Assembly: GCA_039586795.1 (NCBI GenBank)
Contig: JBDHJS010000009.1
Location: 1-64,000, forward strand
DNA length: 64,000 nt
Source: Gemmatimonadota bacterium
Lineage (GTDB): Bacteria > Gemmatimonadota > Gemmatimonadetes > Palauibacterales > KS3-K002
Reading direction: 5' to 3'
Made by a program: the position numbers and the translations under genes. Each line of letters starts with the position of its first letter. Positions within the stretch are counted from its first letter, which is position 1. The notes beneath the pieces were generated by a model that saw only the letters and a program-made list of their open reading frames with translations, did no database searches and was not told the DNA's origin. Positions 1 through 10,366 of this stretch are shown piece by piece.

Positions 1-512
1 TGACTGAACGACTCGAGAAAGCGGTGTGCGACCAGAACCGTCGCCACGGCGGCGCTTTGAACGTGTGAGTCGCGATAACAGGCATGAACGATCGCCGGCC
101 AGGGAACCGCTGTACTCAGGCAGTCCTCGCAGGTGTGGCCATCACGATAGAACAGAGCGTTTGGACATAGCCAACGGTAGTTGTGCAACGTTTGTACAAC
201 CGGGATGCCCAGATTCCGACAAGCGTACCACGCTGCGGGTGACACGAGTGGGAAAGTATTGTGGAAGTGTACCAGGGTTGGTCGAGTCGCACTTACGAGA
301 CCGTGCAGGTGATCGTACGTGTCTCCTGCCCAAACGGCGCGCTTGAGCAGCCGGAGTCTTTGAGCCGCTGAGTATTGTTCTATCTCGGAATTGTCTCGTA
401 CATAGAGCACGACGTTGTGGCCGTGATCTTGGAGAAGCTGTCTTTCGGCCCGGAGTACCGCGTCTTCACCGCCTGCACGCTGGTAGTAGTTGTGAACAAG
501 AAGGATCTGCAT
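1..512 (-). CDS. Glycosyltransferase family 4 protein (runs off the window edge; not in ORF track)
   Basis: Manual translation from ATG at 512: MQILLVHNYYQRAGGEDAVLRAE...VHFHNTFPLVSPAAW...VVQTLHNYRWLCP..., a typical GT4 N-terminal domain; starts just after the stop of the upstream gene (515). Confidence 0.85.
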   Translation of the reverse strand, partial: MQILLVHNYYQRAGGEDAVLRAERQLLQDHGHNVVLYVRDNSEIEQYSAAQRLRLLKRAVWAGDTYDHLHGLVSATRPTLVHFHNTFPLVSPAAWYACRNLGIPVVQTLHNYRWLCPNALFYRDGHTCEDCLSTAVPWPAIVHACYRDSHVQSAAVATVLVAHRFLESFS

Positions 513-514
513 GG

Positions 515-1954
515 CTAGCTAACTGTAGCTTTGTTGGACCCGTCCGCTCCTACGAGATTCTCGCGGCTGTTGAAGAACTCGGCTGTCATCATGATCATGA
601 ATGCAGGGCCCATCACAAAACTGTAGTGCAGCGTGTTGTCGGTAATCGATGTCAACAGAATGACTCCCGCGGCCAGAACCCCCGCGAGATTCCATTTGGC
701 GCGCCGATGGTTCCCAGACGTGGTAGCCGAGCTCCAAGACCGCCACATCCGCCTCACGAGCGCCGTCCATGCCCACAGCAGCATCGCGAGACCTATGATG
801 CCCAGGTCGTGAAAGACCTGGATGTACTCGTTGTGTGGATGATGCTCCTCCTCGTCTCCCCGGGGTCGCAGACGAACTAGGGCCAGGCGGGCGCTGCCGG
901 GCGCCTGCCCGATCACCGGGCTTAGTAGTGCGTTACCGAATACTATCGGCCACATCGATGCGCGGCCCATCGTATTGAAGTGCCCTACGCTCTCGATTAG
1001 CCCTTCCTCCACCCGGTGGAACGATCGCTCCCGGAATGCGGGCACGTTCCAGATCAGCAGGACAGTGATCACCACAATGCCGATACCCCTCAGGACGAGT
1101 CGCGTTGGCAGTTGTGGGTTGGCGCGTGAGACGACGACGAGGCCGAGTGCGACAACGCTCGCAGTTCTCGACAGCGTCAGGAGTATTGTTGCGAGGGCGA
1201 CTATAGTAATAGCGACTGCCGCAGTACGTTCGTTGCTCGACCCTGCGTGGCGGACTTTGGCGAGGGCCAGGGCGAGCACGATGAGCAGATATAGGGCTAC
1301 CGCGCGGGGTCCGACGAGCCCGCGTGGACCGGTCTCGGTAAATTCAACAAGGCCGATAACAATGAGCACGACATAGACTGCTATCGGAATAGCTACGCTA
1401 GAGAGCAAAGCGGTCTCGATCTTTGGTGCGGCAGCTCCTCTAGTGCTGTTCACGACAAATAGCGTGTATACGCCAAGCACGACTGGCAGAGCGTAAAAGA
1501 TGACGTCCTTCGCCCCCGGCGTACCTAGCGGCGTGAGCGCGAAACGAACCGCTGCCCAGGCAACCAGAATAGCGAGCGGGACCAGAACGCGAGGGATGCG
1601 AGCAGCCCTGATGTTGATGAGCAACAGGCCGGTCGCCAGCGAGAAGACGAATGCCCAGCGCAGGCCCGAGAGACTCACCCCTCCCACGCCGAATCTCAGG
1701 GAATCAAAGACCCGCAGCAGGCCGGAGAGAGCCGACGTGACGATCACGAAGTAGAGAAGGAATATCGGGTACGCCAGGCAAACTGCGGTCACCGAGGCGA
1801 AAACGATCAGGCCGGCGTAATACGGCTTCAGGCCCGCCGGCAGGAAGACCACTGATGCGGAAAGGCCGAGAGCGGCGAGTAGCAGCAGCGCTGATTGGCT
1901 GCGCCGAATCGGCTTATGGGTAGCTCTCGAGTCGTTGAATGCCTGGTGGTGCAT
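515..1954 (-). CDS. O-antigen ligase / Wzy polymerase family membrane protein
   Basis: Many TM segments; 'GRASMW' and 'HPHNEYIQVFHDLGIIG' Wzy_C motif; polysaccharide locus context. Confidence 0.8.
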   Translation of the reverse strand: MHHQAFNDSRATHKPIRRSQSALLLLAALGLSASVVFLPAGLKPYYAGLIVFASVTAVCLAYPIFLLYFVIVTSALSGLLRVFDSLRFGVGGVSLSGLRWAFVFSLATGLLLINIRAARIPRVLVPLAILVAWAAVRFALTPLGTPGAKDVIFYALPVVLGVYTLFVVNSTRGAAAPKIETALLSSVAIPIAVYVVLIVIGLVEFTETGPRGLVGPRAVALYLLIVLALALAKVRHAGSSNERTAAVAITIVALATILLTLSRTASVVALGLVVVSRANPQLPTRLVLRGIGIVVITVLLIWNVPAFRERSFHRVEEGLIESVGHFNTMGRASMWPIVFGNALLSPVIGQAPGSARLALVRLRPRGDEEEHHPHNEYIQVFHDLGIIGLAMLLWAWTALVRRMWRSWSSATTSGNHRRAKWNLAGVLAAGVILLTSITDNTLHYSFVMGPAFMIMMTAEFFNSRENLVGADGSNKATVS

Positions 1955-1957
1955 AGC

Positions 1958-2863
1958 CTAGGATGTACTCGGCTGGTCTGTTGACCGAAAATAGCCGTAC
2001 TTCAGAAGCAACGGCGAGGTCACACTGCTTACAAGCATCTTATGACTTGGTGGCAGCGTCCAGCTCCGGTGTGCAATCGAAATTGAACCCGACGAGAATT
2101 TGTCGGGGTTTCCGGCCACGATGTGCTGGACTCCGACAGTCGCGGCATTCTGTCCGACGAAATCGAGATCAACGTTCGCACCAGTTATGCGCTCGGCGAG
2201 CATACCTAGTGTCGAACGAGGGTCCAGCACCAAGTCTTCGTAGCGGACGCGGATCAGCTTACCGGTGCGCAATCTCAGAAGCTCCGTCCCAAGGTTGAGA
2301 GCAGTCCATACGCTTGCGGCCTTTAGCGGTGAGAAACTCTTGAGATAGTCTTTCGGCTTGGCGCGGCTGCTTGCGAAGCCGCGGGAATCTCGAACCAGGT
2401 GCACGACCTCGAGATCGAACTCCGGTATCTGGCTCAACACGTATCCTACGGCAGGGTTCTTCGACGAGTCCACGATGACCTGACTATCGCTGCGTTCGGC
2501 GGCCGCCGTCAAAAGGTCTCTGACCGATACTGCGAGACGCTCGATGAGTCTTCGTGTGCGCCGTCGCTTGAGTGGCGACAAGAGCACGGGTAGCGAGCGC
2601 AACCGAATGAGGTTGGAAGCTTCGCGGCGTGCGTCTACGTCGATGGAAGCGACGAGCGGTGCCCAGAACGGACATCGCTCTAGTGGCTCCCCACATCCAC
2701 ACGGGACGTCCCGTCGCACGCTGGTTTGGTTCGTAACATGGGCAACCGCCTCGCCGATGTTCAGGAAGCCCGGGATTTCGCCGAGCAATCGGGCGAGCAG
2801 AGTACTTCCACTGCGTCCGGCGCCCGCCAGATACACAATGCGGAGGCGCGCTGCCGACGTCAC
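1958..2863 (-). CDS. PAPS-dependent sulfotransferase
   Basis: 5'-PSB loop 'GAGRSGSTLL', 'CGCG..C.FW', 'DSSK', 'HLVRD', 'RYEDLV'. Confidence 0.85.
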   Translation of the reverse strand: MTSAARLRIVYLAGAGRSGSTLLARLLGEIPGFLNIGEAVAHVTNQTSVRRDVPCGCGEPLERCPFWAPLVASIDVDARREASNLIRLRSLPVLLSPLKRRRTRRLIERLAVSVRDLLTAAAERSDSQVIVDSSKNPAVGYVLSQIPEFDLEVVHLVRDSRGFASSRAKPKDYLKSFSPLKAASVWTALNLGTELLRLRTGKLIRVRYEDLVLDPRSTLGMLAERITGANVDLDFVGQNAATVGVQHIVAGNPDKFSSGSISIAHRSWTLPPSHKMLVSSVTSPLLLKYGYFRSTDQPSTS

Positions 2864-2941
2864 CGAATCACCCTTGGTCGCGGAATGGACTGGCTGGGGA
2901 TGGTAGCTGAACCGCGTTGGCGCATCCGCCTTCGATCCGTT

Positions 2942-4486
2942 CTACGATCGGAGCCGTGCTTGAATCGCTTCCAGGAGAGCTCTGTCTTCATCGTCGTACC
3001 CCACCGCCAACAACGTACCACCGAAAGCTAGGGTGGCCACAAGCACAGTCAACAGCAGTGCGACCCCAGCCGGTATGGTCAGTGCCGAGGTGACAGCTTT
3101 GAGCGCCAACAGAGCTGCTGTAACAACAACCACGGCTAACACCGCTTTCAACAACCGCCTATCATAGGGCCAGACCCCAAGAGCTCGCCTTACTTGTATC
3201 ACTCCGGCAATGAAAAGCGTTGCGAGAGCGGTTGCGGTCGCCGCTGCCGCACCGGTCACACCCCAGCGCGGGATGAACAGAACGTTCAATAGGATATTCA
3301 AAGCCAGGGCGGGCGCTGATAGCATCAGCCAGAGGTTCGGCCGACCGGTCATTACGAGCAGAGCGTTCACCGAGCCCGTTGCAACAGCAATCAGTTGGCC
3401 GGAAGCGAGTATGATGAGCGCCAGCCAGCCCGCTTCGTATTCGGAGGTAAACAGAACCGTTAGTAGCTCGACCGGCGCCATACAGATCACCAAGAAGGCC
3501 GGAAGGCTAAGGTACAGGCCCCACTTGGTGCTTACGCGGTACAACTCCTGAAGCCGATCGGTGTCCTGCGCCTTGTGAAAGCGCGCGATCATTGGAGCAC
3601 ACGCATTGCCGATCGCGGCCAGTACAATGGCGAAGATGATCGAGAACTGTGAGACTGCTTGGTAGATCCCGACGTCTGCGGACGGTCTGAAATGGCCCAG
3701 GATTAGCCGGTCGACCCAAACCATGTACGCGCCGAACATGCCGGCTAACGATGCCGGGAGCGAGAAGAGGAGCAACTCCTTGCCTGCAAAGCTAGGCTTG
3801 AGGCGCATACTGTAGAGTTCGGGAACAAGACGATGCAGGAACAACAGCGCCATGGACAGAGCTACGGCGAAGGAGATGACGGCGGCCGCCACGGCTCCGC
3901 CCAGTCGCATCCCCAGGACGAAAAAGACGGCGACGAGAAAGAGATTGGCCGCGGGCTGACCCAGATCTTGGGCGGCGACCGAGTACTGCATACGTTGGCT
4001 GGCTCGCGTTGCGGCGGCTACAACCCGCATGGCTGTGAACAGCAACAGGCCCAGCGCGAACCAACGAAGCACCATCTCGAGCCGCGGCTCGTCAAACACC
4101 TCGAGCGCCAGGTAGGGAGCGATGAAGTAGAGCACGGCGGCCATGAGGCCACTTCCCAAGGCCGCCGTCACGAGCGTCTGTATGAGCGCTCCCTTCAGAG
4201 CGGCCGGATCATCGTCCCAGTACAGCGATCCATAGCGGACCATCCCGCGGTCGGACCCGAACGTGGCGAAGAAGCCCAGCATGCGGAGGATGGTCCAACC
4301 GAGCGCGTATACGCCAAACAGAGCGGGCCCCAGGACCTTTCCGAGAATGATCATGCTGAGAAGCTGCAGACCTCGGCCCGCAATCCTGCCCGTCAGGGTT
4401 ATGCTGGCTCCCTTTGCCAGGTCAACTGCGTCCGACGTATCGGTCGAAGGGTCTATTGATGGACTCGCGCCAGAGTTGGTAGTCAC
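2942..4486 (-). CDS. wzx: Polysaccharide flippase (Wzx/MOP family)
   Basis: Many TM helices; 'LGPALFGVY', 'VDRLILG...ADVGIY', 'LFIPRWGVTGAAAAT'. Confidence 0.85.
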   Translation of the reverse strand: MTTNSGASPSIDPSTDTSDAVDLAKGASITLTGRIAGRGLQLLSMIILGKVLGPALFGVYALGWTILRMLGFFATFGSDRGMVRYGSLYWDDDPAALKGALIQTLVTAALGSGLMAAVLYFIAPYLALEVFDEPRLEMVLRWFALGLLLFTAMRVVAAATRASQRMQYSVAAQDLGQPAANLFLVAVFFVLGMRLGGAVAAAVISFAVALSMALLFLHRLVPELYSMRLKPSFAGKELLLFSLPASLAGMFGAYMVWVDRLILGHFRPSADVGIYQAVSQFSIIFAIVLAAIGNACAPMIARFHKAQDTDRLQELYRVSTKWGLYLSLPAFLVICMAPVELLTVLFTSEYEAGWLALIILASGQLIAVATGSVNALLVMTGRPNLWLMLSAPALALNILLNVLFIPRWGVTGAAAATATALATLFIAGVIQVRRALGVWPYDRRLLKAVLAVVVVTAALLALKAVTSALTIPAGVALLLTVLVATLAFGGTLLAVGYDDEDRALLEAIQARLRS

Positions 4487-4489
4487 GAC

Positions 4490-5794
4490 TCAGTACTCCT
4501 CGACGTACAGCGGACTGGGGCCGGTGGTGAGCGCTGAAGCGCTCACCACCGTGTCTTGACCTGTGACACGAGTAATGCGAAGCGAGTCGGTTGCAAAGGG
4601 TAGGGAAACAGTCTGCGGTATATCAGACCAGATAAGGTAAACATCACCGTCGACACTGCTGAAGCGGTAGGCTTCTACATCGGGTATGTCGGTCAGTCGC
4701 TCGAGGGATTCAGCATGCGCCAGCATTCGTGTCATCACGCCGTAGCTGGCAAGAGTCGGGCGCGGTTCGTCACCCTCAATCAACGCCATCCCGCTCCACA
4801 CCGTGGTGCGGCCGGGCCGTACGGCGATTTGATGCCAGAACATTCGTTCGACGCCGGCGGCAAGAGCGCTTGCATACCGCTTGGGTACCTGATCGGCGGG
4901 GGTATCGCTTGGGCGGCCGCCTGTGCGATCGACACGGGGATCGGGGCCACCGGTCTCCGTTACCCAGATCGGAAGGTCACCAGCAAAGGGTCGCGCCTCC
5001 TCGCGGAGGAAGGCTATACGGAGGCCAAGGTCCGCCACTGAGTGGTAGAGGTGTGCGTCCAGGATATCGTAATGGCCAGCGCCCTGCTGAAGTATCATCT
5101 GAAGCTTGACGAGGTTCTCACGGCTTGCCTTGGATTCCGAATCGCCAATTACCATCTCGAACAGGTTCGATCCGAAGCTCGTCAGCACGACTTGCGAAAG
5201 AGGGTCTTCAGACTTTATCGCCTTATAAGCGACCTTGAGAAGCGAAACGTATTCCTCAAGGGGCGCTCGCCAACTTTGGGGTGCCGTCACCTCGTTCTCG
5301 ATCTGCCAGTATCGAATTCTGCCAAGGTAACGGCGGACCAACTCCCCCACGAAAGAGCCGTATGCTTGTAGTTTCCTTTCGTCGTTGGCTCCGTACAAAT
5401 CGGTTTGCGTGTAGCCACGGATTGTGACCAGCAAGCTGATGCCATTCCGTTCCGCCGCGGCGACAACTAGGTCAGCGCGATTCCAGTCGAGCACGCCCTC
5501 TTCGCGCTCGACCCATTCCCAAGGAACGTTGATTCGCAACCAGCTGGCGCCCGAGGAACTCACCTGCGCCATGATTCGGTTGATGCGCGCAGCCGTGCGA
5601 GGGAACGGGCCGTCTCTGTGGACGCCGAATGGAGAGGGGTCAACGTTTGTGATGTCCGAGGTCAGAATGCGTGCAACCGACTGCTCTGGTGTGCGCTCGT
5701 CGCCATGTGGTTGAGATGATCTAACCCTTGCGCAATTGGCGGCTACGGTCGCGGTAAGGAGAGCGAGAACGACTCGGGTACAGCGCTTCAGCAT
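4490..5794 (-). CDS. Exported clan GH-A glycoside hydrolase-like protein (GH5/GH39/GH42-like)
   Basis: N-terminal signal; 'WLRINVPWEWVE', acid/base 'WQIENE', nucleophile 'IWVTETG'. Confidence 0.7.
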   Translation of the reverse strand: MLKRCTRVVLALLTATVAANCARVRSSQPHGDERTPEQSVARILTSDITNVDPSPFGVHRDGPFPRTAARINRIMAQVSSSGASWLRINVPWEWVEREEGVLDWNRADLVVAAAERNGISLLVTIRGYTQTDLYGANDERKLQAYGSFVGELVRRYLGRIRYWQIENEVTAPQSWRAPLEEYVSLLKVAYKAIKSEDPLSQVVLTSFGSNLFEMVIGDSESKASRENLVKLQMILQQGAGHYDILDAHLYHSVADLGLRIAFLREEARPFAGDLPIWVTETGGPDPRVDRTGGRPSDTPADQVPKRYASALAAGVERMFWHQIAVRPGRTTVWSGMALIEGDEPRPTLASYGVMTRMLAHAESLERLTDIPDVEAYRFSSVDGDVYLIWSDIPQTVSLPFATDSLRITRVTGQDTVVSASALTTGPSPLYVEEY

Positions 5795-5837
5795 GCGCTT
5801 GTATCGCTGAGCGATCCGGCAATGAGACGACGGTTCA

Positions 5838-7607
5838 TCACAGAGGCCATAGACGCGGGAGCAGGAAGACGATGCCGGCTATGACGATCAAAGTGAGAGG
5901 GACACCGAGGCGAGCATAGTCGGAAAACTTATAACCGCCGGGCCCGTATACCATGAGATTAGTTTGATAGGAGATGGGCGTCAGGAAGGACGCCGACGCC
6001 GCCACCGCGACGGCTATGGCAAAAGACCTGTCATTCAGGCCGAGCTCGCCGGCCGTCGACATGGCGATCGGGAACATGAGGACGGCAGCCGCATTGTTCG
6101 TGATGATCGCCTTCAGGCCGATAGTGGCGAGGACGATACCGAGCAGCGCTCCTGTTGGGCCGAGGGTTCCAAACGCCTGCACGACGAGTCCGGCGAGTGT
6201 GTTGGCCAGGCCGGATACCTGCATTGCCGCTCCGAGGCCGAAGGCCCCGGCGATGACGAGAATCACGTCGATGTCGATGGCGTCACGTGCCTCGCCGGGC
6301 GTCACGACGCGGAACAGTACGAGCGCCATGCCGCCGAGGAGCGACAGCTGCAAGATCGGCATCACGCCTAGGCCGGCTCCGACCACGATTGCCACCGCAA
6401 CAAATCCCACCAGTCCGGCCTTTCTCGTTGCTGCAGGCGGCGAGCCCCCTAACGCGGAGACGAGCAGGAAGTCACTGTGGTCGCGCCAACGTCTCCGGAA
6501 GTCCTGCCCGGCCAAGAGCATGAGTGTGTCACCAACCTTCAGCGGCACTTCGCCGAGCTTGGCCTTCACGCTCCCACCGGAGCGGTGCAAGGCGACCACG
6601 GCCGCCTGATAACGAGCGCGAAACTCGACTTGCTTCAGCGTCTTGCCGACAAGTGGCGACGCAGCGCCGACCACCGCCTCGAAGAACGTGTGTTGGCTGA
6701 TCTCCTGATGTTCCATGTGGCGCTGCTCAGCCGAGACCAACCCGCGCATGTTCTGCAAATCGACGATGAGCTCCGCTTTCCCTACAAAGGTCAAAAGGTC
6801 CTCGCCGCGGAGAACCGTCCTGGGTGTCACCGGCGCGATCGAGACGTCTTCTCGGTCGATCTCCACAAGGTAGACACCCTGAAGATGACGCAGGCCTCCG
6901 TCTTCGACCGATACACCGTCGAGTGGGCCGTCTCTTACCACGACCATGTTCACGACGAACTCGCGCACGCTCTCGCCGAGCTCGCGACGAGCTGGCAGTC
7001 TCTCGGGAAGCAGCACTGGCGCTAGCAGGATGATCAGCACTAGTCCCACAACGGCGATGGGTAAGCCGACCCATGAAATCTCGAACATGGCTAGCGGCGG
7101 CCGACCCGACGCTTGGAGTAATCCTGAGACAACAAGGTTTGTCGATGTGCCGATGAGCGTCACCATGCCGCCCAGGATAGCCGCAAAAGAGAGGGGCATC
7201 AGGAAGTACGAGGAGGAGAAGCCGCGCCGCTCAGCCCAGTTCGCCACCTGCGGCACAAGCATGGCAACGATAGGCGTGTTGTTTAGGAATGCCGACGCCG
7301 CTGCTGACGGTATCACCATCCGGGTGAGCGACCAGCGGATACCTTTGCCGGGACCGAGGGTTGCGCCGACGATCGGCGACACGGCTCCGGTCTTCTCGAC
7401 GGCTCGCGCCAACACGTAGAGGGCGGCAACGGTGATTGGGGCCGGGTTGCTGAAGCCAGAGAAGGCCTGCGCCGGAGTGAGGACTCCGGCGGCGAGCAAG
7501 ACAATCACGGCGCTCAGAATCGTCGCAGCGGGCGGCAAGACCTCTCGGACCAGCGCGACGATGGTCAGGATCACAACGGCCAGAGTGACCCACGATTCCC
7601 AGCCCAT
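5838..7607 (-). CDS. SLC13/DASS family permease with TrkA-C domains (probable sulfate transporter)
   Basis: 'FLNNTPIVA', 'TLIGTSTNL', 'TPISYQTNLMVYGPGGYKFSDY'; adjacent to sat/cysC; ATG 7607 chosen over TTG 7613. Confidence 0.85.
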   Translation of the reverse strand: MGWESWVTLAVVILTIVALVREVLPPAATILSAVIVLLAAGVLTPAQAFSGFSNPAPITVAALYVLARAVEKTGAVSPIVGATLGPGKGIRWSLTRMVIPSAAASAFLNNTPIVAMLVPQVANWAERRGFSSSYFLMPLSFAAILGGMVTLIGTSTNLVVSGLLQASGRPPLAMFEISWVGLPIAVVGLVLIILLAPVLLPERLPARRELGESVREFVVNMVVVRDGPLDGVSVEDGGLRHLQGVYLVEIDREDVSIAPVTPRTVLRGEDLLTFVGKAELIVDLQNMRGLVSAEQRHMEHQEISQHTFFEAVVGAASPLVGKTLKQVEFRARYQAAVVALHRSGGSVKAKLGEVPLKVGDTLMLLAGQDFRRRWRDHSDFLLVSALGGSPPAATRKAGLVGFVAVAIVVGAGLGVMPILQLSLLGGMALVLFRVVTPGEARDAIDIDVILVIAGAFGLGAAMQVSGLANTLAGLVVQAFGTLGPTGALLGIVLATIGLKAIITNNAAAVLMFPIAMSTAGELGLNDRSFAIAVAVAASASFLTPISYQTNLMVYGPGGYKFSDYARLGVPLTLIVIAGIVFLLPRLWPL

Positions 7608-7643
7608 GGCCAACTCCCTCAGGCGGGGGGTAGGCCCGAAGGA

Positions 7644-9377
7644 CTAGTCGCCATTTCGCTCGGCGCCGATGTACCCTTCGCGCTCAAGGTGCAGAATGAT
7701 CTCCTGTGCAGCTTCCTCAGGCGCCATCTGAGTCGTGTCGATCACGACTTCCGCGTCTTCTGGCGCTTCGTATGGATCAGAGATGCCGGTAAATTCCTTG
7801 ATAATGCCCGCCCGAGCCTTCGCGTACAGGCCCTTCCTATCGCGCTGCTCGCAGACTTCCAATGGGGTTGCCACGTGCGCCAGCACGAATCCGCCGACGG
7901 GTTCGATCATGGCGCGCACTTCCTGTCTCACCGACTCGTAAGGCGCGATCGGGGCGCAAAGCGCGATTCCGCCGTTCTTTGTTATCTCCGATCCCACGAA
8001 CCCGATGCGGCGAATGTTGATGTCTCTATGCTCCTTGGAGAACCCGAGCTCTGATGACAGATGCTTGCGAACGATGTCGCCGTCCAACAGAGTCACCGGT
8101 CTTCCGCCCATCTCGAGCAGCTTCACCAGGAGCACGTTAGCTATGGTGGATTTGCCCGAGCCGGAGAGCCCGGTGAAGAAGACGGAGAAACCCTGGCGGT
8201 GACGTGGCGGGTGGCTTCGGCGTAGCTCCTTCGCAACCTCTGCGAAGCTGAACCACTCCGGAATCTCGCTGCCATCAGCGAGCCGGCGGCGAAGCTCGGT
8301 TCCCGAGATCGATAACGGGCGCGCACCCTCTGGCACTTCTTCGTCCGGTACGTACTTATCCAGGTCCTCCACGTAGACCATCATCTTGAAGGGCACCATC
8401 GCCACGCCCAACTCATCTTCGTGCTTCTGGAGAAGCTCCTGCGCGTCGTATGGCCCGTAGAACGGTTTGCCCGACGAGTCGGAGCCGGGCCCGGCGTGGT
8501 CGCGGCCGACAATCAAGTGGGTGCACCCGTAGTTCTTTCGGATTATCGCGTGCCACACGGCCTCGCGAGGTCCCCCTAGACGCATGGCCAACGGGAGCAG
8601 ACTCAGCTTCGCCGTGTTGCGTGGATAGCGTGACTGAACCGCCTGGTAGCATCGGACCCGCGTGTAGTGGTCAACGTCGCCGGGCTTCGTTAGGCCGACG
8701 ACCGGGTGAATGAGCAGGTTCGCTTCAACGTCCTTCGCGGCGCGCAACGTGAGCTCTTGATGCGCGCGGTGCATCGGGTTTCGCGTCTGGAAGGCCACGA
8801 CACGACGCCAGCCCAGCCGAGTGAACTCCTTGCGGAGCTCGGCCGGTGTGTACCGCAACTCGCGAAAATCATAGTGAACAGGAAGCTGGAGGCCCTCGAT
8901 TCGACCGCCGACATAGTACGGATGGCTCTGGTCGAGAAGATAGGCCACGCCGGGGTGTTCGGGGTTTGTTGTCCCGAAGACCTGTTTCGCCTCCAGCTCT
9001 CGATCGGGTTGCCACACGTCTTCAATGTGGAGCGCGGCCAGCATCACGCCTTCGTGGTCGCGGAGCGCCAGACTCGAACCCGACTCGAGATCCTTCGCTA
9101 ACTCCTCTGGCACATCCAAGGTGATCGGCATCGGCCAGATCTCGCCCGTCGATAGTCGCATTTCCTTGCAGACGGGTTCGTAGTCCCCACGACTCATGAA
9201 TCCCGTCAGCGGCGAGAAGCCACCGTTTAGGATGAGCTCGAGGTCGCAGAGTTGCCGGGGTGTGAGATCCCACGAAGGCCAGTCACGTGACGTCTCATGC
9301 AGGCGAGCGGATTCCTCCATTCCGGCGATGAGATTGACAAGCGTTCCGCCATGAGGGGCAATAAGATGATCAGCCAA
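7644..9377 (-). CDS. sat/cysC: Bifunctional sulfate adenylyltransferase / adenylyl-sulfate kinase
   Basis: 'FQTRNPMHRAH', 'GRDHAG', P-loop 'GLSGSGKST', 'LLDGD'; start reassigned to TTG 9377 (LADHLIAPHGG) after an AGGAG RBS, removing the overlap with cysQ. Confidence 0.93.
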   Translation of the reverse strand: MADHLIAPHGGTLVNLIAGMEESARLHETSRDWPSWDLTPRQLCDLELILNGGFSPLTGFMSRGDYEPVCKEMRLSTGEIWPMPITLDVPEELAKDLESGSSLALRDHEGVMLAALHIEDVWQPDRELEAKQVFGTTNPEHPGVAYLLDQSHPYYVGGRIEGLQLPVHYDFRELRYTPAELRKEFTRLGWRRVVAFQTRNPMHRAHQELTLRAAKDVEANLLIHPVVGLTKPGDVDHYTRVRCYQAVQSRYPRNTAKLSLLPLAMRLGGPREAVWHAIIRKNYGCTHLIVGRDHAGPGSDSSGKPFYGPYDAQELLQKHEDELGVAMVPFKMMVYVEDLDKYVPDEEVPEGARPLSISGTELRRRLADGSEIPEWFSFAEVAKELRRSHPPRHRQGFSVFFTGLSGSGKSTIANVLLVKLLEMGGRPVTLLDGDIVRKHLSSELGFSKEHRDINIRRIGFVGSEITKNGGIALCAPIAPYESVRQEVRAMIEPVGGFVLAHVATPLEVCEQRDRKGLYAKARAGIIKEFTGISDPYEAPEDAEVVIDTTQMAPEEAAQEIILHLEREGYIGAERNGD

Positions 9378-9432
9378 CTTCTCGCTCCTGACTAGTAATC
9401 GTTGTTGTGAGTTGATTTCCTGCGCGACATGC

Positions 9433-10224
9433 TCAACGGCCAGGCACGTCATCGAACTCCGACATGCGATCCGAGGCGCCGGTGGCCTCGATCTGGGTAA
9501 GCGCTCTTGCGTAGGCCTCCGGCGCGCCAGCCATGATGCCTTTGACCTTAGGGAACGGCTGATTATATGCCAGTCGGCCTCCGAACAGATCCGTAGCCAG
9601 GCCACCCGCTTCGGCCACGATCAGCGCGCCGGCGCACACATCCCATTCGTGCTTCGGGCCGCGGGAAAACGTGACAGCGGCCCTTCCGGCTCCAATCAGC
9701 GCCAGCTTGTACTGAATGCTGCCCATGGCGGCCACTTCCCAGTCCGATTCAAATGGTTCGAACTCGCCGCGCTTCAGTTCAGACCTGGAAGCGAGGAGTT
9801 CTCGGCCCTCCCTAACGCTGACACCGTTGCCATTGAGAAAGGCACCACAGCCACGCTCCGCCCAAAATGTATCACCTGTTGCCGGGTTGTGAACGACTCC
9901 CAGGACCGGGCCGCCCGCATCGACCAACGCGATGGCGACACAGTACTCGGGTAACCCTTTCACGAACTCTTTTGTGCCATCCAACGGGTCGACGATCCAG
10001 AGATTGCTTTCACCCAATCTGTCTGAGTTGTCGGCAGTTTCCTCGGATAGCCAGCCCACAGGAGCCAACTCCAGCAACCGCGACTTGAGTAAACTGTCGG
10101 CCTCACGGTCAGCGAGCGTGACCGGGCCGGCATCGCCCTTGCTCTCCACGTCGAAATCGGAGTTCTGAATCTCCTGTATGACTTTGCCCGCGGCTTCGGC
10201 GGCGGCAACGACAGCGTCTATCAT
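9433..10224 (-). CDS. cysQ: 3'(2'),5'-bisphosphate nucleotidase (inositol monophosphatase family)
   Basis: 'LSEE', 'WIVDPLDGTKEF', 'EWDVCAG...EAGG'; next to sat/cysC. Confidence 0.88.
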   Translation of the reverse strand: MIDAVVAAAEAAGKVIQEIQNSDFDVESKGDAGPVTLADREADSLLKSRLLELAPVGWLSEETADNSDRLGESNLWIVDPLDGTKEFVKGLPEYCVAIALVDAGGPVLGVVHNPATGDTFWAERGCGAFLNGNGVSVREGRELLASRSELKRGEFEPFESDWEVAAMGSIQYKLALIGAGRAAVTFSRGPKHEWDVCAGALIVAEAGGLATDLFGGRLAYNQPFPKVKGIMAGAPEAYARALTQIEATGASDRMSEFDDVPGR

Positions 10225-10272
10225 ATTGCATCAAACCTGTGGCTTCTGTTCAACGATCTGGATATTGCCTCG

Positions 10273-10321
10273 AAATAGAAACCGGGGAGCGCTATCGCAC
10301 TAGTCCGGAAGCGCTCCCCGG
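10273..10321 (-). terminator. Probable intrinsic terminator between the epimerase gene and cysQ
   Basis: 12-bp perfect inverted repeat CCGGGGAGCGCT (10282-10293) / AGCGCTCCCCGG (10310-10321), followed on the - strand by TTTCTATTT. Confidence 0.6.
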
Positions 10322-10366
10322 GTCGGAGACCGCAGGGGGGTCTCCGCGCAAGTTCTGAGCCGCGGC

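Noticed and set aside
9378..9605. Apparent N-terminal extension of Sat-CysC overlapping cysQ
   Set aside because: An RBS and homology begin at TTG 9377. Similar over-extended starts were trimmed for ORFs at 15982, 22724, 23079, 44235, 47140, 53032 and 58046.
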